From contig CATNEN010000007.1 in assembly GCA_950097015.1 (NCBI GenBank), forward strand, positions 5,642,001 to 5,706,000: a DNA stretch of 64,000 nt, written 5' to 3'. Below are positions 56,721-64,000 of the stretch, piece after piece; within the stretch, counting starts at the first letter, position 1; every line of letters starts with the position of its first letter. Position numbers and translations under genes: made by a program. This stretch comes from Macrostomum hystrix. Its lineage: Eukaryota; Animalia; Platyhelminthes. The notes below the pieces were generated by a model, which was not told the DNA's origin, ran no database searches, and saw nothing but the letters and a program-made list of their open reading frames with translations.

Positions 56721-58317
56721 TCAGCAGAAATTTGCTTTTTTGAATGAGGGAAATGTGGTTTAGAATTTAGATCACCATCAAGAGCGCAATCAATCCGTGG
56801 CAGAAAATATTCTGAAAATCAACAGCTAAATATCTAAATGTCAGGCTGAAAATAGCAGTCATACAGGTGGTGTCACAAAACTTATTTTGCTTTATTTCTG
56901 CATGGTAGGTCTCAGGGTGCTGAAGCTGTCGCATCCCGGATGACAGTATGTGTCTTGCGATCATGGCCTTATCGAAAACCAGCCGAAACAGATATTTTAT
57001 CTTTATCTATTTTATATTTTTATCCTTTTTACTCACCTTTCTAAATCGGCGACTTACGCATTTGAGGAAGTAGGCTGGATGCAGATTTCCCATTAGGGAC
57101 GGAGGCGCCTCGCAAGTACGCAAGTCGGCTTCGCGGCTGATGCAAAACAATCTATTTTTAGCTCTTCTAACGGGCTCTGATCCAAGGCCTCTGATTGGCT
57201 GTAGTGGGCTTCTCCAGCTTAGGCACTACAGAATAGCACTGGGGACACGCACTTGGCAGCTAACCTGGATTTCAATTCTGCTCCAAACGATGGACGCTAG
57301 ATTTATCGCTCACTGTCAGTCTCTTGAACGATTCCTGAATACCAGAAACTAAAGCGAAATATTACTGGGAAAACTAATTCTGATCTTTAACAAACAAAAA
57401 TCGATATTCGGTATATATTTAAACACTAATTTTTTTACATCTAAAAAGTAGTTTTGACACGAAAAGCAAAGCCAAAAAGGTTGGGTTGCACCATTGCAAA
57501 GGAATTTCAGAACACCCGGACTCTCCTCAGATGAAAACTGTCAGGGCTCGAAATACCAATGAAATCAATCGATAACTCCGATTGATTTTTAGGCTAAAAA
57601 CGTTTTTTCTGCAAAAAATGGCTTTTGAATTCGCGCCAAATTCGCCGCTTTAGACGAGCGTAGAATTTGCAGGTATTGTATCTATCCTAGCCATGCTCGT
57701 AAACTCAATAATGAAATATCGAGGAGATGCAGAGGATGTACGTTTATATTAACGACCGTTGGCACACGGCTGGTCAGCGGCTCTCTGGAATGCTTTCTGC
57801 TTATTGGAGTGGAAAATCGACTCACATCCTCACAATTGCCTTGAATGCCGTATCGATGCCGATTTCTTGGTCATTGGAAAAGTAAGAAAAAATCCATAGA
57901 GCTTTTTGGCAAGCAATTTGACAACTGTCTATGGGACAAAAGGGTTTAGACTGTAGGGAATAGAAGCTGCGCGAAGGTACCTGCAAGATTAGGCTATGCT
58001 CAATTAGCTCACACAACAACGGGACGAAAATGCACACAGACAGTTAACGCTCTGCTTCGGGGTTAAGAAATTTGTAAACATTTGTTCTGGATTGCAGGAG
58101 CGTATACAACACCGTCGATAAATTCAATGCAGACAGAAACGGTAAAACAACAATTAAGCAAAATAGCACAAATACACAGGACGTAATTCACACGCTTGCA
58201 GCGAGAATAGCAAATCAATGTGAGTTTTTGTAAATTGGTCACCGAAATCAAGTGTAGAAACTTAGTTAATCTGCCGGTAAATCTATCAACTTGATCAGCT
58301 ATCATCTAATCAGCTAG

Positions 58318-58693
58318 ATCTATAAATTAGGTCAATCTATAAATTAGGTCATTCTATCAATTAGGTCATTCTATCAATTAGGTCATTCTATAAATTAGAC
58401 CAATCTATAAATTAGGTCATTCAATCAATTTGGTAAATCTATCAATTAGGTCATTCTATCAATTAGGTCATTCTATCAATTAGGTCATTCTATCAATTAG
58501 GTCATTCTATCAATTAGGTCATTCTATCAATTAGGTCATTCTATAAATTAGACCAATCTATAAATTAGGTCATTCAATCAATTTGGTCAATCTATAAATT
58601 AGGTCATTCTATTAATTTGGTCATTCTATCAATTAGGTCATTCTATTAATTTGGTCATTCTATCAATTTGGTCAATCTATAAATTAGGTCATT
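58318..58693. repeat. 17-bp minisatellite directly after the egr stop codon
   Basis: Unit aattaggtcattctatc. Confidence 0.95.
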
Positions 58694-58706
58694 CCACCAG
58701 GCCGGC

Positions 58707-59269
58707 CTATTTCTCGTGCACCCTGGCGTGCCGCTTGCGCTCGTCGGAGCGAGCGAATCGCCGGCCGCAGCGCTCGCAGACGAACGGCCGTTCGCCACTG
58801 TGCGTCCGCCGGTGCGTCGCCAGATGGTCGCTTCGGCTGAAGGCGCGGCCGCACACAGGGCAGCAGAACGGTCTCTGGCCGGTGTGAATGCGGCCGTGAC
58901 GGGCCAGCTCATCCGACCTGGAGAACCGTCGGCCGCAGCCGGGCACCTCGCAGACGTGCGGCCGCTCGTGCTGCGGCGTGCGGCCGGTCCGCTGCCGACC
59001 CTGCGACTGCCTCAGCGGCTGCGGCTGCGCGTGTTGCTGTTGGTGCCGGTGCTGGTGCTGATGCTGGTGCTGATGGTGCTGATGTGCTTGCTGGGGCGGA
59101 TTGGATGCGTCAAAGGCAGCCAGGACCACTGCTGCGGAGCTACTCCTGATGGGTGCGAAAGCAAGCAAACATGTCATCGTGTAAAAGGTTCGGCTTCGGA
59201 AAACCCCCTGAGACTCTTACCTGGGCTCTTCCTGCGCCGGGCGCCGCCTGCTACGCAAGTCCAGCGCCA

Positions 59270-59340
<71 letters not shown>

Positions 59341-61323
59341 AGCCGCCCAGAGTGAAACGCCTCCTTGACATCTCTCTCGTTGCAAATGTCTCCACCGTAG
59401 GCTGTAGCCCCCCCGCAGGTGGCTTCAGCGGCTGCCGCAGCCGCCTGGACGTCGATGGCGATGAGCTCGGCGGCTTCGTCCAACACCTGGCGCTCGATGC
59501 CCGACAGTTCCAGCACGTCGAAGGGGCTCAGCGGATCGAAGCGGTCCGTTGATTCCGGTTTTGTTGACAACAACAAGTGCTGCTGCTGATTATGGAGGTA
59601 GTGTGTGTGATGCTGGAAGTGCTGCTGTTGAGGCTGCAGGTACTGGTGAGGCTGCAGGTGCTGGTGATGATGCAGGTGCTGGTGATGATGCAGTAGCAAG
59701 CCTGGTGACCCCAGGTCCAGCGGCTGGAGGCTGCACAGTTCACCTGAAAGCGGAATTGTTGTCAAGACAAAAGCCTCCAGAGCAGGAGTTCCATTTTTCA
59801 TCAGTTAATTTTCCCCTTCGTGTTATTGCATTTTAGCATTCTAAGGAGCCTAAAAATCCCATAGTTCTGGGGTACGTATTGCACAAATCACAACTCGCAT
59901 CATATTAATAATATTTGTTGGAGGCCTGTGGGCACTTGCACACCGCTTTGCGAGCACACTCGCGCACAGATACCGTACACGGGCACACACTCACACAGCG
60001 GTGTACATCTGTCCTGACTTTCTCATCGTCAAGCAGTGTACACTCGCTCTGCCTTGGAGGTCGGCCCTCAAAATCGCACGGCCAGCCCCACCCGTAAGAT
60101 GAGCACAGCAAAAGTAGCGAAATTACGCGTTACTAAAAATCCTCAAAATCAAAACTGAAAACAGGAGGAACAAACGGAGAGATGGTAGCGGAAATTGACA
60201 GCCGAAAAGCATCAAGCAGTTGAAAGTAGCAGTTGACTTCCAAACTATTCCTGACTCAAAGGGTTCCAAAACATCAGAGGCGTCCTCGGAATTTGGCGAG
60301 TGACTTTCTTCGAGCAGCAAAATCGGGCGCAAAGTCTGGGCAGTCAGTCGGGGGGGGCTGCAAAAGTAGCAGTGTGGGCGGGAGCGGAGCGGGGCGGGCG
60401 GCGGGGTAAGTGACGGAATGAGCTTTAGCCGATTAAATGACGGAGAGCGAGAGGGAGCCCGGAACAACCGTGCTCAGCCGCCTACGCAATGCATTCAGTT
60501 AGTCTGCGGTCACCGCTACTGACTCTGGTACTTTCAATGCTTAACCAGAGTACTCTTATATTTATTCGACTGCGGCTCATCGTGCGGACGGAAGCCAATC
60601 GCATTTTTATTACGCCTGTAGATGTGCAGCAGAAAAATGCTAATTTATCAGTAGATAAACCTACAATCACTCTCTGCTGTCACCCTCTCTCACTCTCTAC
60701 TCTCTACTCTCACTCTCTACTCTCACTCTCTACTCTCACTCTCTACTCTCACACTCTACTCTCACTCTCTACTCTCACTCTCTACTCTCACTCTCTATTC
60801 TCACTCTCTACCGTTTGCCGTTTCCCCCCTTTGCCGTCTCCCTCAATTGCTTCTGTCTTGGTAAAGTTTTTTTGTTGAATCGAAGCATTCTCAAGAAGGC
60901 ATTCTCACCGGCACCTCCCTCCAGCTGCATCTCCATCTTAGCGCAGACACGAGATGACGGCCCGGCGATGGAGGAAGCTGCGGCTGCGGCTGCGGCCTCC
61001 TCCTCTTGCCGTAGCTGCCTGGCTAGCTCCAGTAGGCACGACTCGCCAGCCGCCTCCTCCTCCGCTGGCGGCAGCGGCGGCGTCAGCAAGCCGGAGCTGG
61101 TCTGAGTAACAGCAGCAGCAGCATTCGTCGATGACGTCGAAAACATTGACGCCGAAGCCGAAACCGACGTCGATGACGTCACTATCGCCGCCGCGCCCGA
61201 AGCCTCCTCGAAGTTGTGCAGCAGCTGCGGCGAGCTCAGGGTGAGAACAGTCTCATCTAGTGACTGGTGGGTGAGTAGGTCCAGCTGCTGCTTGGTGAGC
61301 TCGCCCCATTCGTCATCTTCCAT
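58707..61323 (-). CDS. egr: EGR/Krox-family C2H2 zinc-finger transcription factor, ~458 aa
   Basis: Exons 61323-60909, 59743-59221, 59145-58707; phases consistent. [10 protein letters not shown]...[19 protein letters not shown]...[17 protein letters not shown]...[11 protein letters not shown] contains the EGR-diagnostic RSDEL/RSDHL/RSDER helices. Poly-Q and His-rich tracts present. Confidence 0.93.
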
Positions 61324-61494
61324 TCGTGCTAGTCCGGGCACCCCGAGTGCAGCTGCTTTCGTACCGAATGAGACTCTGCTTCTGTTATCTTCTCAGGCAC
61401 GATCGTCACGCTTTAAGAACTTTCCTTGCGAATCTCCTTTACGCCGATTAGAAAGTGAAGAGCGAGTGGCAGAGCCAGCTGCGAGGTGGAGGAC

Positions 61495-61721
61495 TTTTAT
61501 GAATGACCAAACTGCACTGCCAAATTTGGCTGCTCCGGGGGGTTGGCGCCCGCCCCACCCCTTCCCTCCTCACCCTCCCCCCTCCGACCTCCCTTACCAG
61601 TCTGCCCCGTGCACCCTCCCTCGCCTTTGCACTCTTGAGACTCGGGGCGGTTGGGAACGCCATTCGCGCCTGAGTCTCCTTAACCAATGAATTCTCCCTA
61701 AGCGAGCCTTCCTATTAATAG
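61495..61721 (-). promoter_or_regulatory. Putative egr proximal promoter: TATA-like box, CArG/SRE, CCAAT and MEF2 site
   Basis: CATAAAA on the minus strand at ~61495-61501, CCAAATTTGG at 61520-61529, CCAAT at 61684, CTATTAATAG at 61712-61721. Confidence 0.5.
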
Positions 61722-62237
61722 CGACTTGATGCCCTCTGCCCTCACCAAGGATAACCAGCGCCCAGCTTCCCCTGGGGAAAACCTCCCATTGGCTTTCCCT
61801 CATCTTGCCGCCGATATTTTCGTCAGCAAATCCTCCACTGCTCAGAGACAATTTTGATTGGCGTAGGCTCAGCTATGAGCAGATTTGGGAGAATCGGCGT
61901 GGCAGTGGAGGCAGCGCGCGTCAAATCACGGTCGGTTTGGGGAGTCCTCAAATTAAAAATATGACAGCCCGCTAAAGTGCTGAGCGAGTGAGAGCTGGTT
62001 GGGTAAGGCGGGCCAAAGTAGGAATTTGTACCGCGTGGGTGGCTGAAACATTAAGTATTATCATAAATGGGATTTATTCAAATGCTTTCAAAAGCACCTT
62101 TAACTGAGATTACTTAAATAAAGCGAATGCAACAATAAGAACATGTTCGCCTTCCTTATGTGCGTTTCCTTATGGGAGAAATCTCAGTCAAGTCTCCCAC
62201 CTCATTCGTCTCAGTGTCACACCACACTAGTCTCAGT

Positions 62238-63380
62238 GTCACACCTCACTCAGTCCAATGTCACACCTCACTCAGTCCAATCTCACACCTCACTCAGTCC
62301 AGTCTCACACCTCACTCAGTCCAATCTCACACCTCACTCAGTCCAATCTCACACCTCACTCAGTCCAGTCTCACTCCTCACTCAGTCCAGTCTCACTCCT
62401 CACTCAGTCCAGTCTCACTCCTCACTCAGTCCAATCTCACACCTCACTCAGTCCAATCTCACACCTCACTCAGTCCAGTCTCACAGCTCACTCAGTCCAG
62501 TCTCACACCTCACTCAGTCCAGTCTCACTCCTCACTCAGTCCAGTCTCACACCTCACTCAGTCCAGTCTCACTCCTCACTCAGTCCAGTCTCACTCCTCA
62601 CTCAGTCCAGTCTCACACCTCACTCAGTCCAGTCTCACTCCTCACTCAGTCCAGTCTCACACCTCACTCAGTCCAGTCTCATTCCTCACTCAGTCCAGTC
62701 TCACACCTCACTCAGTCCAGTCTCACTCCTCACTCAGTCCAGTCTCACTCCTCACTCAGTCCAATCTCACACCTCACTCAGTCCAATCTCACACCTCACT
62801 CAGTCCAGTCTCACAGCTCACTCAGTCCAGTCTCACACCTCACTCAGTCCAGTCTCACACCTCACTCAGTCCAGTCTCACTCCTCACTCAGTCCAGTCTC
62901 ACACCTCACTCAGTCCAGTCTCACTCCTCACTCAGTCCAGTCTCACTCCTCACTCAGTCCAGTCTCACACCTCACTCAGTCCAGTCTCACTCCTCACTCA
63001 GTCCAGTCTCACACCTCACTCAGTCCAGTCTCATTCCTCACTCAGTCCAGTCTCACACCTCACTCAGTCCAGTCTCACTCCTCAGTCCAGTCTCACTCCT
63101 CACTCAGTCCAGTCTCATTCCTCACTCAGTCCAGTCTCATTCCTCACTCAGTCCAGTCTCACACCTCACTCAGTCCAGTCTCACTCCTCACTCAGTCCAG
63201 TCTCACTCCTCACTCAGTCCAGTCTCACTCCTCACTCAGTCCAGTCTCACTCCTCACTCAGTCCAGTCTCACTCCTCACTCAGTCCAGTCTCACTCCTCA
63301 CTCAGTCCAGTCTCACTCCTCACTCAGTCCAGTCTCACTCCTCACTCAGTCCAGTCTCACTCCTCACTCAGTCCAGTCTC
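62238..63380. repeat. 22-bp minisatellite x~50 upstream of egr
   Basis: Unit ctcactcagtccagtctcacWc. Confidence 0.97.
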
Positions 63381-64000
63381 CAATCTGCACTGCTCCTCAA
63401 AATCTGTCTTTGCCCCTCCTCCCCTCTTACGTTCTCCCCTTCCGCCCAGCGACCCGGCCTCTCCAGTTTCAGTTGATTTCGGCCTCATCAATCGTTTGCC
63501 CTTGAGTCCTCAGTCGAAAGTGCGAATTTGCTTACGCACAAAAAATCACAAATTTAATTCAAGAGAAACAGGAACAGGTGAGAATGACCTCAGGTAGAGA
63601 AAGGGGTTAACAGAGTGTCCCATTACACCTTGGCCTGAGCATCCACTACCGCTGTGAGATCGGGTGCTCAGTTCAGCATCAATGAGATTTTTTCTCCTTC
63701 TTTAGCTAATTAATTTTCACAGCCTTTTGACAATCGAATGCAGTTGCTGACGCAAGTTGTTAAACTGGTCTAGAATTTCTTGAAACAGCGACGATTTACT
63801 TTGAGATGCTTCTTCTTTTCGTTGTTAGAGAACGCATGCCCTGAAAGCATGCTTAATACCAGATAAGCCATTGATTGTTTTTTCCGGATTCGATTCTGCG
63901 CACTCTCAGAAATTGTTGGGCGACGTCACCCCTGTTACTTATCCCGAGGTGAACTTTTAATCACTTTAAGCACCTTTACGCAACTCACGAGATGAACTAA

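Overview
Eukaryotic (metazoan) genomic DNA with GT-AG introns. GC-rich exons, poly-Q/G/A tracts and an extreme minisatellite load suggest a free-living flatworm such as Macrostomum, but this is inference. Six protein-coding loci were reconstructed by hand with phase-consistent splice sites: the 5' end of a PLAT-domain (lipoxygenase-like) gene (-), a SHARK/HTK16-type SH2-ankyrin-SH2 tyrosine kinase (+, 7 exons), a Cdx/caudal ParaHox gene (-, 3 exons), Vps26 (-, 5 exons) head-to-head with a Ras GTPase (+, 3 exons), and an EGR zinc-finger gene (-, 3 exons). Mobile DNA: a degenerate PHD-FLYWCH-MULE Mutator element with TIRs and TSD, a nested MITE, a probable solo LTR, a P-element transposase relic in a kinase intron and a tRNA-derived SINE. 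About 30 unrelated tandem arrays (units 4-89 bp) cover roughly a quarter of the window. Most notable: ~48 tandem copies of a branch-point/pyrimidine/CAG unit directly before the weak last acceptor of Ras; arrays built from nuclear-receptor elements; composite TCF-Cdx motifs around cdx; a CArG/MEF2 immediate-early promoter for egr; and a btd-box-like Cys motif in Cdx. No CRISPR or prokaryotic system is present.
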